Assembly: GCA_003158895.1 (NCBI GenBank)
Contig: PMLO01000090.1
Location: 33,005-97,004, forward strand
Origin: Propionibacteriaceae bacterium
GTDB lineage: Bacteria > Actinomycetota > Actinomycetes > Propionibacteriales > Propionibacteriaceae
Direction of reading: 5' to 3'
Length of the DNA: 64,000 nt
Part shown: in pieces, positions 28,261 to 37,566 of the stretch
Numbering within the stretch: the first letter of the stretch is position 1
Layout: each line of letters begins with the position of its first letter
The notes under the pieces: generated by a model
The model's database searches: none
What the model was told of the DNA's origin: nothing
Seen by the model: only the letters and a program-made list of their open reading frames with translations
Position numbers and translations under genes: made by a program

Positions 28261-30342
28261 ATGGTCGCGCAACGGGCCGAGTCGGGCGGAAGCGTTGTCC
28301 TGGAGCCAACGAGAGCGAATTCGTTGCATCCGTTGGGTCCTGGCGAGGACGTGTGGGCGGCGGTGACCGTCCTGGACAAGGCGCTGTTCAGGGACAGGTG
28401 GTTCGCGATTGGCCTGGACAACCGGCACCTGGCTGGTGTGGTCGTGGCCTCGCTCGAGGCGGGGTTGCGGTTGCTGGCCGACCCCGGAGCCAAGCTGGCA
28501 CTGGTAGGCGAGCTGCAGCCGGGTCTGCTGGCCATCGACGTCGACGTGCCCGGTGAGCGGGGCTGGGCGATCGCGGAGCAGATCATGGCCTGGTGCGCGT
28601 CGCGGGACCTGTGGCGGCTGTTACGCCCCTCGGGCGGCGCGGACGGGCGGTGCCATGTGATCGTGGCCCCGGGGGCTGGTGAGGACGACCTTCGGGCTCT
28701 GGTCGACCAGATCCGCCGCACGTACCGGGTGGGTGCGAACCTGGTCGATGTCCGCACCAAGGTCCGGCCGTTGTGCTCTCCGCACCGCACCACAGGGCTA
28801 CGGACACTGCCCCACGGACTGACCACGGTCGCCAGGGTCCGGGTCTCGTTGCGGCTGCTCCAGGCCGCCCTGGAGGCGGCGCCGGCGCCAGCCAGGAAGC
28901 GGGGCCCGCGGGGTGGCCGGGGCCGGCCGGAGGTGGCGCCGCTGGTGCCGAAACCCCGGCCGCGACGCGAGGTGCCGCCGGAGTGGGCGAGGTACTTCAC
29001 GACCGGGGTCGGGGCGTTCTTGGCCGGCGCTGACCAGTCCGGTTCGACCTACGCGTTCGCCGCAACGAAGGTCTTGATCCGGGCCGGCCACAGTGTCGAG
29101 TCGGCCTGGGACCTGATCCTGGGCTGCCACCCGCAAGCGATGTCGAAAGCACGCCAGGACAAGCGCTGGTGGATCAACCACGCCTGGAACCCGCAGGTGC
29201 TGGCCACCGAGCACGAGACCGGTCCCAGGTCGGCCCCGTCGCCGCGGGTGGCGGCCGCGATCGGCGCCGCCGAGCTGTGCCTCGACGAGCTGCTGTGGAC
29301 GGTCCCGTCGGTCCGTTCGCGGGCCGGCGTCTGGGCCGTCGCGCAAGCCGTGTTCGCCCGGATGGCCAGGCAGGACCAGTTGCGGGTTCCCTGCGCGGAA
29401 CGTGACCTTGTCCAAGACGTCGCGGGCATCACGACCCGGCGCCCTATCCGTGCCGCGCTTCGCCTACTCCACGGCCACGTCGGGATCCTCCACACCGACA
29501 CCTTCAACCCGGCCGACCCGTACAGCGGCTACGAGTTCGAAATCTGCGAACTGCCCGACCATGACGCCATGGTGGGGGAAAAGGACCCACCTGTTCTCAC
29601 ATCCCCCCGCCTCCCCGGGGGTCCCCAGGAAGTCCGGGCGCGTCTGCTGCACAGCGTCCTTGCCAGGGCGGACGAGACGGGGATGACGGTGTCGGAGCTC
29701 GGATGGGCCGGGTACCAGACCACGAGCCCGGTGGATGAGCTGACTGTCGATCAGGTCCGCGGGCTGCGGCAGGTGCTGACCGGCTTGGCGGGGTCTGGGT
29801 GGGTGGCGTGCGACGCCCAGGGGCGGTGGCGGGCCACGGTCCCTGACCCGATGTCGGAGCGGGTGCAGCGGGAGCGTGCCGAGGCGGCCGCGACGCATGA
29901 TCGGGTCGTCGACCAAGTTCACGTCGAGCGGGCCGACTACCGAAGGTGCGCTGCGGTGGTGTGGGCGGCGACGCGGCGTGCGGTCGTCGACGCGGTCCAC
30001 GCTCGGTACCGGGCATGGTGGGCGGGGCTGTCGAGTCATCAGCGAGCCGACCGCGCCGCTGCGGCGTCGCAGAGGTTCCGGGACCTGCCGGCAGTCGAGC
30101 AGGCCAAGGCCAGACACGAGTGGGTGACCCGACGACGCGGGACACCGGCGAGCGAAGCGGCACGACACCGGGCATGGCAGGCGAGCCTCACCCCGGCCGA
30201 GTACGAACGACGGCGCGAAGACCGCAGAGACTGGTACTACGCCCAGCCGCCGCAACGACGCGTCGAGCTCGTCCGCATGTGGGACGCCCACCGCACACGA
30301 CACGGCCCGGCCGCCGGCATGTCGACGCTGGTCGCCACCTAG
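28261..30342 (+). CDS. AEP (prim-pol)-like replication protein with C-terminal winged-helix-like region
   Basis: LLAIDVDVPGERG (DxD) and LLRPSGGADGRCHVIV (sGG..H) match the bifunctional primase/polymerase N-terminal motifs. Confidence 0.5.
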   Translation: MVAQRAESGGSVVLEPTRANSLHPLGPGEDVWAAVTVLDKALFRDRWFAIGLDNRHLAGVVVASLEAGLRLLADPGAKLALVGELQPGLLAIDVDVPGERGWAIAEQIMAWCASRDLWRLLRPSGGADGRCHVIVAPGAGEDDLRALVDQIRRTYRVGANLVDVRTKVRPLCSPHRTTGLRTLPHGLTTVARVRVSLRLLQAALEAAPAPARKRGPRGGRGRPEVAPLVPKPRPRREVPPEWARYFTTGVGAFLAGADQSGSTYAFAATKVLIRAGHSVESAWDLILGCHPQAMSKARQDKRWWINHAWNPQVLATEHETGPRSAPSPRVAAAIGAAELCLDELLWTVPSVRSRAGVWAVAQAVFARMARQDQLRVPCAERDLVQDVAGITTRRPIRAALRLLHGHVGILHTDTFNPADPYSGYEFEICELPDHDAMVGEKDPPVLTSPRLPGGPQEVRARLLHSVLARADETGMTVSELGWAGYQTTSPVDELTVDQVRGLRQVLTGLAGSGWVACDAQGRWRATVPDPMSERVQRERAEAAATHDRVVDQVHVERADYRRCAAVVWAATRRAVVDAVHARYRAWWAGLSSHQRADRAAAASQRFRDLPAVEQAKARHEWVTRRRGTPASEAARHRAWQASLTPAEYERRREDRRDWYYAQPPQRRVELVRMWDAHRTRHGPAAGMSTLVAT

Positions 30343-30351
30343 GCTCACGGC

Positions 30352-31182
30352 GTGGCGAAACACAAGTCCAAGTCTCGAGGGCGCACGCGATGGTCGGCGG
30401 TGGTCGGACGGCGTCGACCCGCGGGGCCGCTGGAGCTGGCGAGAGTTCATGAGCAGATGAAGACCCGAGGCTGGACCGGGTGGCGATGCGACACCGAGCT
30501 CGCGGAATGGACATGGTTCCCGGCGTCCGCCACTGACTGGGCCGAGCCCACTCACATCATCTTCGGCGCCGCAGATGCGGAGAATCCGGCGTTCGTGGTG
30601 ATCCTGGCCACCACCGTCGACAACGTCCGGCTACCTGCGACTCGGTACTCGTCCTGGTCGGCACTGGCCGCGGACCTCGGCTCGATCGAGCGCTACGGCC
30701 TCACCGGTGACGTGCCGGCCCTCCCCCACCGCGACGTACTACCACCGGGAACCTCTGTGGCCAGAGACCACCACACCTGCCAAGGCTGTGGAGAGCAGAT
30801 TGAACTCGGCGAGGTCATAGTCCGTAGCCACTTTGGATGGGTCCACCCGCAGTGCCGTACCGCCGGCGCGACACGCACACAGCGACAGCCGGTGATCGCG
30901 AAGTACGAAGGCCCCTGCCAGGGCTGCACAGACCCGATCCTGCCCGGACAGCTAGTCACGACCTGGCTGTGGGGATGGCTCCACGCCGACTGCGTCGGCT
31001 CCTATCCGGGCACCCACCGGCGAACCGCAGTCGGCTACAACGTCGCGTGCCCCAAGTGCGGGTCCGCAGCCGACGAACGCTGCGTGACTCCCTCAGGCAA
31101 GCCCTGCCCCGTCCACGCCGGCCGCCGCGCCGTCGAGCTCGCATCCGGCGCCACCTCGACAGCCACCGATGGACACTCATAA
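30352..31182 (+). CDS. zinc-ribbon repeat protein
   Basis: CQGCGEQIELGEVIVRSHFGWVHPQC, CQGCTDPILPGQLVTTWLWGWLHADC, CPKCGSAADERCVTPSGKPCPVHAGR. Confidence 0.55.
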   Translation: MAKHKSKSRGRTRWSAVVGRRRPAGPLELARVHEQMKTRGWTGWRCDTELAEWTWFPASATDWAEPTHIIFGAADAENPAFVVILATTVDNVRLPATRYSSWSALAADLGSIERYGLTGDVPALPHRDVLPPGTSVARDHHTCQGCGEQIELGEVIVRSHFGWVHPQCRTAGATRTQRQPVIAKYEGPCQGCTDPILPGQLVTTWLWGWLHADCVGSYPGTHRRTAVGYNVACPKCGSAADERCVTPSGKPCPVHAGRRAVELASGATSTATDGHS

Positions 31183-31200
31183 TCACGCGGACCACAGGAT

Positions 31201-31216
31201 GTACGGAGGTACGTAC
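31201..31216 (+). repeat. copy 1 of element-specific motif TACGGAGGTACGTA
   Basis: gtacggaggtacgtac; identical core at 34573-34588 (reverse orientation) and 35648-35662. Confidence 0.8.
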
Positions 31217-31317
31217 CGCAGGACACACGCGCGGCAGGCACCTGCGGCGCACAACGTGTCGGGACAAGCGCGCCGGTTCCCGTCATTCCATTCACCGGCG
31301 CACCGACGTACGCAAGG

Positions 31318-31360
31318 GCGTAGATCCTGCACTACGTGACTACGTACCCGAATAGCGTGG
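31318..31360 (+). promoter_or_regulatory. CGTAGATCC-type upstream element (copy D)
   Basis: gcgtagatcctgcactacgtgactacgtacccgaatagcgtggggagg precedes the 31336 gene; near-colinear with the copy at 34653-34710. Confidence 0.5.
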
Positions 31361-31764
31361 GGAGGGTCGGCTCCCTCGCTACGCTGGAGAACATGTCCAT
31401 GGCCCGCAGACGCGCGAAGCGCCGCAAGCAGCAGGAGGCATTGTTGCAGCTTGTCGCCGATATCCGCGCTGGAAAGGTGAACACCGTCCAGTCAGAAGAT
31501 GTCGCGACCGATCTCGGCCTGAGCCTGTCCGGCGCGCCGTACGGGTCCTTTCGCGACGGCACCCCCGTCACCGAAGCCGACATCTCTCGTTGGGCCGACG
31601 AAGCCGAGCGCGGCTACGACCTCGAGTCCCTGAGAGAGACGCGTGCGGTGCTGTCCGACCCGGCGCTCATGCGACAGCTTGCCGAGAGCAAGGCTTCCCT
31701 CGCCGTCGGCGACGTCGTCGATGAGGCTGGCCTGCGCGCCCTCCTGACAGAGCACAACCGCTAA
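31336..31764 (+). CDS. hypothetical protein, RHH/antitoxin-like segments
   Basis: DISRWADEAERGYDLESL and AVLSDPALMRQLAESKASLAVGDV resemble antitoxin-family segments. The start may be MSMARRRAKRRK (31393). Confidence 0.4.
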   Translation: MTTYPNSVGRVGSLATLENMSMARRRAKRRKQQEALLQLVADIRAGKVNTVQSEDVATDLGLSLSGAPYGSFRDGTPVTEADISRWADEAERGYDLESLRETRAVLSDPALMRQLAESKASLAVGDVVDEAGLRALLTEHNR

Positions 31765-32277
31765 GGAAGCGCTGATTAATGGTGGCGCGCGGCCCAACTT
31801 CACCGTGCGGGCCGCGTCGACGACGTCGAGAAGCCCTGGGGTCTGCTGAAGTGGTACCTCGAGCGGATCCCCGTAGACGACTCGCCCGCGTGGAACGCAT
31901 GGAGATCCGCCGGCGTCCGCGAAGCCGCCGACCGTGACCGGGCCGCATGGGCCCAGGGGCCGCCCACCAGCGCCGCCTCGAGGACCAGGCCATCGCTGCC
32001 GCGTCCACCCCCGAACGCCGCGCCGCGATCATCGCTGGCGTCCGAGCTCAGCTCGCCGCATCACGCGCCGGTCGAGGCAGCACCGTCTCGTCGCCCCATG
32101 ACTCACTCTCCTACTGACATCGCCCCCGCCCGGGCCGACCTGGTGTACGCCGCGGCTGACTGGCATGTCTTGCGTCACAGGGAATTGTCCGGGCCGACTG
32201 CTACCGTTCCGCTTCATGACGAGTCTTGCGCAGGTGATAGTGGTGGCCGTGGTGATCCGGACCCAGAACGGTCGCGC

Positions 32278-33069
32278 ATGAAGCCCCCGCCACGAAGCCC
32301 CGGGCACGCGCGCTGGATCCTCCCGGGGCTGATCCTGCTGCTGATCCTGCCCGGGGCGCTCGCCACTCCATCCACCGTCGAGTGGGTGTTCACCGGGATC
32401 CTGTCCGCTCTCACTGCCGCGGGCATCGTGAGCGTCGTCAAACGATCCAGGCGGATCGCCCTAGACCGCCAGCAGCGGGCCGCCATCGCGGCCGCGCAGC
32501 GGGATCATGCCTGGCGAGTCGCCGCGCAGCTGCGGCGCGAGCTGCCCGACCGTCAACCTCGCAACACCGTCAAGGTATGGGACCTGATTCCCAATGCCGA
32601 CGAAGTCTTCATCACCGACGCGCCGGTGCACTATGCGCGGTATTACGGCCAAGACGTCACCTACACCACCTCGAGCGGCGTCTACTTCGGCAGTCCGCTG
32701 TTCGTCGTCGCCGGCCTGATCGGGACCGCTGCCAGCAACTCGGCAGCACGCTCACGCGCCGAGGCGATGGCCCGCAGCCAGTGGCGCGAACACCAGACCG
32801 TGCGCCTGGTCGTGACCAACCAACGGCTGTGCTGCCGAGTCGGCAATGACTGGTACAGCTTCTACTACTCCCACATGACAGCGATATACCCACTCGCCGA
32901 GCAACAGACCCTGGTCTGCACCTTCGGCAAAGGTGCCCCGCTGATGATCTCCGGCCCCTGGGCGCCCGCAGCAGCAGTCGTCACAACCCTGATGACTCTC
33001 GGCGTCGACCCGCTCCTGACTCATCCCGGACTGCGCTGCCTCGACGGGGCGCCAGGGCTGACCCGATGA
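32278..33069 (+). CDS. membrane protein (2 TM helices plus a soluble domain)
   Basis: MKPPPRSPGHARWILPGLILLLILPGALA...FTGILSALTAAGIVSVV. The ORF is open from 32098. Confidence 0.5.
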   Translation: MKPPPRSPGHARWILPGLILLLILPGALATPSTVEWVFTGILSALTAAGIVSVVKRSRRIALDRQQRAAIAAAQRDHAWRVAAQLRRELPDRQPRNTVKVWDLIPNADEVFITDAPVHYARYYGQDVTYTTSSGVYFGSPLFVVAGLIGTAASNSAARSRAEAMARSQWREHQTVRLVVTNQRLCCRVGNDWYSFYYSHMTAIYPLAEQQTLVCTFGKGAPLMISGPWAPAAAVVTTLMTLGVDPLLTHPGLRCLDGAPGLTR

Positions 33070-33326
33070 ACGGCACGTAGGCGCGACTCGATGAACTCGA
33101 CCGTTCCGACGCGTCGCGCAGGACCTCCGCGACGCGTCGTGCCCACCAGGTGTACGCGTCGCTCTCGGCCGCCCGCGACGGTTCCAGGTCCCCGCTCGTC
33201 GGAGCGCGAACCCGGTTGGCTGTAGGCGAGGAGCTGGGAATCCGCAAGCAACTCGTCTATTGGCTCGGGAAGACCAGCGCGTAAGCGCTCTTGGACACTC
33301 GGCCCGTCCGCGCAGACCGTCGCGGA

Positions 33327-33950
33327 TCAGGGCTGACGATAGGCAGGGTGCGGTTGAAGTGGCCTAGCCCTGTCGTCTTCCCGCGGAGGTGCGTTCTCGA
33401 CGACCCACGACCAGTCCTCGCCGAGTGCCTCGGTGGCCGCTTCTGGCCCCCATAACTCTCTGGCATAGGCGGCGACGTTGTTGAGCACGTCCGCAGGCAA
33501 CAGCTCGAAGTCGCCGGAGGTCAGCTGAAGTCCCCTGACCACACGAGCTGCTGTCGTCTGCGGCAGGCCGAGGAGCAGTTGGAGTTCTCGCATCGTCGTG
33601 ACCATGTCGATCACGTACCAAGTCGCTCGACCCGCTCCGCGTTCACTGAGCACCCACCTCACCACGTCGCCCGAGACGTTCGGCGGCATCATGAACGTGA
33701 CCACGGCGTGCTGATGAGCCAGGGGAATCTGCTCCTCCCGATCGCGGTACTGGTGCATGACGATCCACATGGCGTCGTAGCAGGCGCGTCCGGTGAGCAG
33801 GTAGTCAACGTTGAGCGGAGTCGTCGGCACCTTGGTGACCTCTACGTCGTCCAGGCCTGACTGTCGGATCGTCTGAGGTTCGCCTTCCCGCGCTGCGGAG
33901 AGGAGTGCCGCGAATTTGGCTCGCGCTTCGGCCACTGTCCAGAGTCTCAT
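33327..33950 (-). CDS. Phd/YefM-like antitoxin N-terminus fused to an unknown domain
   Basis: MRLWTVAEARAKFAALLSAAREGEPQTI is the classic Phd/YefM opening; about 180 further residues are unassigned. Confidence 0.45.
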   Translation of the reverse strand: MRLWTVAEARAKFAALLSAAREGEPQTIRQSGLDDVEVTKVPTTPLNVDYLLTGRACYDAMWIVMHQYRDREEQIPLAHQHAVVTFMMPPNVSGDVVRWVLSERGAGRATWYVIDMVTTMRELQLLLGLPQTTAARVVRGLQLTSGDFELLPADVLNNVAAYARELWGPEAATEALGEDWSWVVENAPPREDDRARPLQPHPAYRQP

Positions 33951-34044
33951 GCCCCCAGCATACCCGTCCCTGTACATAAACGGGTCACGCTCTGGGTAGA
34001 CGACCGCCAGTGGAGGCCCCAAGGAACTCGACCCTCACGCCGAT

Positions 34045-34494
34045 TCAGAGCTGACCAGTGATCTTCTCGCGCAGAGTGCGGGCGTCCATGGCGGTCCGTA
34101 CGGTCGCGAGGGCCTGCTCGAGCGCGAGCCGGGCGCCGAGAATGACGAGCAAGGCCGGGATCCAGCCGAGCAGAAGTACCACGAGGCCGGGGATCGGGCT
34201 GCCAGCGACGGGGATGAATCCGGCGAGTGTCTGGTCGGGCAGCGTGGCAGCGAACGTGGCGATCACAGCGACCAGATAGCCCAGGGCTGTGACGGCGACC
34301 ATGAGGCCGTAGACGATCTTGACCAGGCCTGGTGTGGCGTAGGTCTCGAAGGAGAAGTCGAACGCGGCCGCGAACGGGTTCGGGTCAACGACCGGAGGGG
34401 TCGTGTAGATCGGGTGCGCGTGCGGCCCGGGGTAGTTCGGCGGGAGCTGCGACGGGAACTGGCCTTGGAGTGGGCTGGACATGGGGCCGATCAT
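34045..34494 (-). CDS. DUF4282-like membrane protein
   Basis: Pro-rich N-terminus, FDFSFETYATPGLVKIVYGLMV..., two TM helices. Confidence 0.5.
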   Translation of the reverse strand: MIGPMSSPLQGQFPSQLPPNYPGPHAHPIYTTPPVVDPNPFAAAFDFSFETYATPGLVKIVYGLMVAVTALGYLVAVIATFAATLPDQTLAGFIPVAGSPIPGLVVLLLGWIPALLVILGARLALEQALATVRTAMDARTLREKITGQL

Positions 34495-34572
34495 TCCAGA
34501 TCGCGGCCGAGTCCTGGTTGCACTTCTGCCCCCCGCATGGCATCGCTGCTCATCAGGTACGTATCCCCGTGA

Positions 34573-34588
34573 GTACGTACCTCCGTAA
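34573..34588 (-). repeat. copy 2 of motif TACGGAGGTACGTA (inverted)
   Basis: The plus strand reads gtacgtacctccgtaa. Confidence 0.8.
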
Positions 34589-34652
34589 CAGCGTGCCAAG
34601 CGTGCCGAACAGTCCCGCCCCCATTCCACTCGTCGGTAGACTGATGTACGCT

Positions 34653-34710
34653 GATACGTAGATACGTAGATCCGGGACTACGCGGCTACGTATCCGCGTA
34701 GTGCAGGAGG
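34653..34710 (+). promoter_or_regulatory. CGTAGATCC-type upstream element (copy C) with tandem GATACGTA
   Basis: gatacgtagatacgtagatccgggactacgcggctacgtatccgcgtagtgcaggagg, upstream of the lipoprotein gene. Confidence 0.5.
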
Positions 34711-34844
34711 CACGAGGGGTGGATGAGGCGGAACCGGGACGGTTCCACGTGACAGGTGTGGACCTCTCGCGAATTAGCACGTCGACCGCTCTTGTCAGAG
34801 GTATCCGCTATACAAGCCCACAACGACATCGAACAGGACATGAA

Positions 34845-35483
34845 GTGAACCGCTACTCCCTCCGCCTGGCCCTCGCCACCGGCCTGCTAGTCGCTGTCCT
34901 GACCGGCTGCGCGTCCGCTCCGGCCACCACTTCGACCGAACAGGTCGTCCCGACGGCCGCCGTGGCGACCTCGACGGAGTCGGGCACACCCGCACCATGG
35001 CCGGCCGCCTGGACCCCCGACCCGACCCCAACCGCGGCCGACCCGGCTGCCACGGATGCGCCCTCCCCGCCAGCTGACCCGGCCACCACTGACGCACCCG
35101 CCGGGCAGACCACACGCGCAACAGCCGCGGCCAAGACCACGACGGCCGCGAAGACCACCACCAAGGCCGCCACCGCACCGAAGACCACCACCGCGCCCGT
35201 TCCGCCGGCGCCCCCCGCGCCGCCGAAGACCACCGCGCCCACCGGGCCGGGCACCGTTACAATCCAGTGCTACCCCACGGGTACTGGCATGACCCGGGGG
35301 GTCATCAAGTGGAGCAACGCCGGCACCTTCTACGTCGTCATCACCGTCAACGGGCACACCTTCACCGACACCATCACCGAGGCCAGCGGTTCGAGCGACG
35401 GAACGACTCAGCCCGAGACCACGCCGGGTCACGGGTCGTGCTCCGGATCGGTTGCTGGGGTTTCCCGGTCGGGCTCGTACTGA
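34845..35483 (+). CDS. lipoprotein with Thr/Ala/Pro-rich linker and C-terminal beta domain
   Basis: GTG start; VNRYSLRLALATGLLVAVLTGC lipobox; AAKTTTAAKTTTKAATAPKTTTAP linker. Confidence 0.6.
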   Translation: MNRYSLRLALATGLLVAVLTGCASAPATTSTEQVVPTAAVATSTESGTPAPWPAAWTPDPTPTAADPAATDAPSPPADPATTDAPAGQTTRATAAAKTTTAAKTTTKAATAPKTTTAPVPPAPPAPPKTTAPTGPGTVTIQCYPTGTGMTRGVIKWSNAGTFYVVITVNGHTFTDTITEASGSSDGTTQPETTPGHGSCSGSVAGVSRSGSY

Positions 35484-35567
35484 TGACTGCGTAGCTGATA
35501 TCCCGCTGCGCGGATGGGCCTAGTGCCGAGTGTGCTCGGGTGGTGAATCGGCGCGCTGGATAGGCGC

Positions 35568-35616
35568 AGATCATCCGTAGCCGCGTATGTACGTAGCGGC
35601 GTACGGAGGGAAGGAG
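35568..35616 (+). promoter_or_regulatory. CCGTAGC...GTACGGAGGGAAGGAG upstream element (copy A)
   Basis: cagatcatccgtagccgcgtatgtacgtagcggcgtacggagggaaggag; colinear with 38310-38363. Confidence 0.5.
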
Positions 35617-35647
35617 TGAGAGGCCCCGATGTCTCGCGCTCCCCGAC

Positions 35648-35662
35648 GTACGGAGGTACGTA
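35648..35662 (+). repeat. copy 3 of motif TACGGAGGTACGTA
   Basis: gtacggaggtacgta. Confidence 0.8.
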
Positions 35663-35808
35663 GCGGCGTAATGCCGTAGGTGCGTGTCCGGTGGCGCTCC
35701 CGGGTCTTCTTCAGGAGCGTTGCGTATCGGTGGGCCGGGTCTCTGAGATGGAATCGGGGCAGTTCCGTGGGGAGGGTGAAGAACTCCTCAACACGGAAGG
35801 TCTGACAC

Positions 35809-37566
35809 GTGAAGCTCACGAGACTGTTCAGGCGAGGTGCCACGGCTGTTGCTGTGCTGCTCGCCTTCCTGATGTCTGCGCCGGCGGCGCAGGCGTACCT
35901 GGGGCCGCAGACCGCGACCACACCAGGATTCGTCGGCATTAATGGAAAACACGAAATCGGCACAATGGGTCTCTCGTTCTACAACAATGCACGGTTCGTG
36001 TGCATCGATGAGTCCGGCGGGACCGCAGGGTTCATGGACACGCCTCATAGCGCGACCGCGGCAAGCGATGTGCAGAACTGGGCAGCCGCGTACGCGCTCA
36101 GCGACCGCGCGGGATACCTCTACTCCCCCGCGGACAAGAAGGCCGCAGCGCTCGACTACTACGTCGGTGTGATCCAGAACATGAACTCGAATCCTTCCGA
36201 GGTTGCGCGCGCCTGGAACGCCGCCGCAGCTGCCGGAATGTGGGCCGATTCCACGGCCGAGCTCGCGGCGCTCGTCGCTGACGTCAACGCTAACGCGGGA
36301 CCTTACGACATGAGCAGGATCGCGCTCTCAAAGTCTGGCACTGGTGGAGGGACGGTGACCGACATTGGAGTTCAGTCGGCGGCCGGGACCTGGCAGGCAG
36401 GGTATGCGGTCACGCTGAGCTTGACGGGGCCTGGAGTCTTTGCGGCGACTGGCACGAACGCGATGACTGTCACCTCGGCGACGAGCCCGCTGACGGAAGC
36501 GTTCACGTTCACCGGACCTGGCACCGTCAAGGTCAGGCAGGCGACCACCGGACTTCCCGAGATGGTCGCGGTGCACCCCGCACCGGGCGCCGGGCAGCAG
36601 CGGGTTGTAGCCGAAGGCGCACTCGGTATCGCCAGCGGTACCGATCCTGTGGATGTGACGGCGTATGCGCCGAAGGCCACGTCGACGGTAAGCAGCCAGC
36701 TTGTGGCGGCCGGGTCGCAGGTCACCGATACGGTCCTGCTCACTGGTGGCGTGCCGAATGGTGCGTTCTCCGGGACGGTCGATGTGTACGGGCCGCTCGC
36801 GACGCATCCGAAGGACGGCATTCCCGCTGGGACCGTTCCGGCGACGACGCTCACCTACCCCGGGACGTTCGCCGCGGACGGCACCGGGAAGGTCATCACC
36901 TCGCCCGTGACGCTGCCGAAGCCCGGGTTCGTCTACTTCCACGAGAAGGTCGATGCGACAGCGGACTACGCCGCTTACACCGCGCCGCTGGGCAAGGAGC
37001 TCAGTGAAACGGTGCTGGTCATGGCTCCCGAGCTCGTCACCCAGGCCAGTGCACAGACTGTCTCGCCAGGCTCGACGCTGACCGACACGGTGGCGTCTAC
37101 CGGCAGCAGCTGGCCGGTCGTTGACGTCAACGGGGATCCCATCTCGTACACGGTCTCTGGGGTCATCCTGGCGTCGTCGTCGTGCTCGGGGCCGTGGGAC
37201 CCGAGTGCCCCAGTGTTCTCGTTCGGGCCGGTGGCGTTCACGCCCGGACAGCCCCTCACCACGGGAAGCTGGACCGTCCCAGCATCAGTGGCCGGTCAGT
37301 GCGTCACGTATTCCGAGGTGACGAGCTGGTCGGCGAAGTCGGGCACGGGCCACACGGCGCCGACCACACCGGGTCTGGCGACCGAATCGGCGCAGATCAC
37401 CGACAAGGGCGGTGCGGGTGGTGCGGGTGCGTACATCTCGACCGGTGCTCCCACTATGACCACGGTGCCTGCACCTGGTGTGTGGGCGGGCAGCGCTGCG
37501 GTCATGTTGGGCGCTCTGCTCGGTCTGGGTCTGCTGGTCACGCGTAAGAAGGGTGCCCGCGCATGA
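35809..37566 (+). CDS. secreted surface protein (putative sortase substrate / mating adhesin)
   Basis: Signal peptide ...LMSAPAAQA; Ig-like Thr/Gly-rich body; C-terminus AYISTGAP...GSAAVMLGALLGLGLLVTRKKGARA (hydrophobic helix plus basic tail). Confidence 0.7.
   Translation: MKLTRLFRRGATAVAVLLAFLMSAPAAQAYLGPQTATTPGFVGINGKHEIGTMGLSFYNNARFVCIDESGGTAGFMDTPHSATAASDVQNWAAAYALSDRAGYLYSPADKKAAALDYYVGVIQNMNSNPSEVARAWNAAAAAGMWADSTAELAALVADVNANAGPYDMSRIALSKSGTGGGTVTDIGVQSAAGTWQAGYAVTLSLTGPGVFAATGTNAMTVTSATSPLTEAFTFTGPGTVKVRQATTGLPEMVAVHPAPGAGQQRVVAEGALGIASGTDPVDVTAYAPKATSTVSSQLVAAGSQVTDTVLLTGGVPNGAFSGTVDVYGPLATHPKDGIPAGTVPATTLTYPGTFAADGTGKVITSPVTLPKPGFVYFHEKVDATADYAAYTAPLGKELSETVLVMAPELVTQASAQTVSPGSTLTDTVASTGSSWPVVDVNGDPISYTVSGVILASSSCSGPWDPSAPVFSFGPVAFTPGQPLTTGSWTVPASVAGQCVTYSEVTSWSAKSGTGHTAPTTPGLATESAQITDKGGAGGAGAYISTGAPTMTTVPAPGVWAGSAAVMLGALLGLGLLVTRKKGARA

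Noticed and set aside
31790-32100. Protein-like stretches in two plus-strand frames (VDDVEKPWGLLKWYLERIPVDDSPAWNAW... and LEDQAIAAASTPERRAAIIAGVRAQLAASRAG)
   Set aside because: I could not define a start or a single continuous frame. It may be a small frameshifted gene or an N-terminal extension of the 32098 ORF. The evidence is too uncertain to call.
35629-35679. 16-codon uORF (MSRAPRRTEVRSGVMP) behind a GGAGGGAAGGAG box and containing the TACGGAGGTACGTA motif
   Set aside because: Its GC3 is low for this genome and the SD-ATG spacing is long. The box is more likely part of the repeated regulatory element than a translated leader. The possibility remains open.
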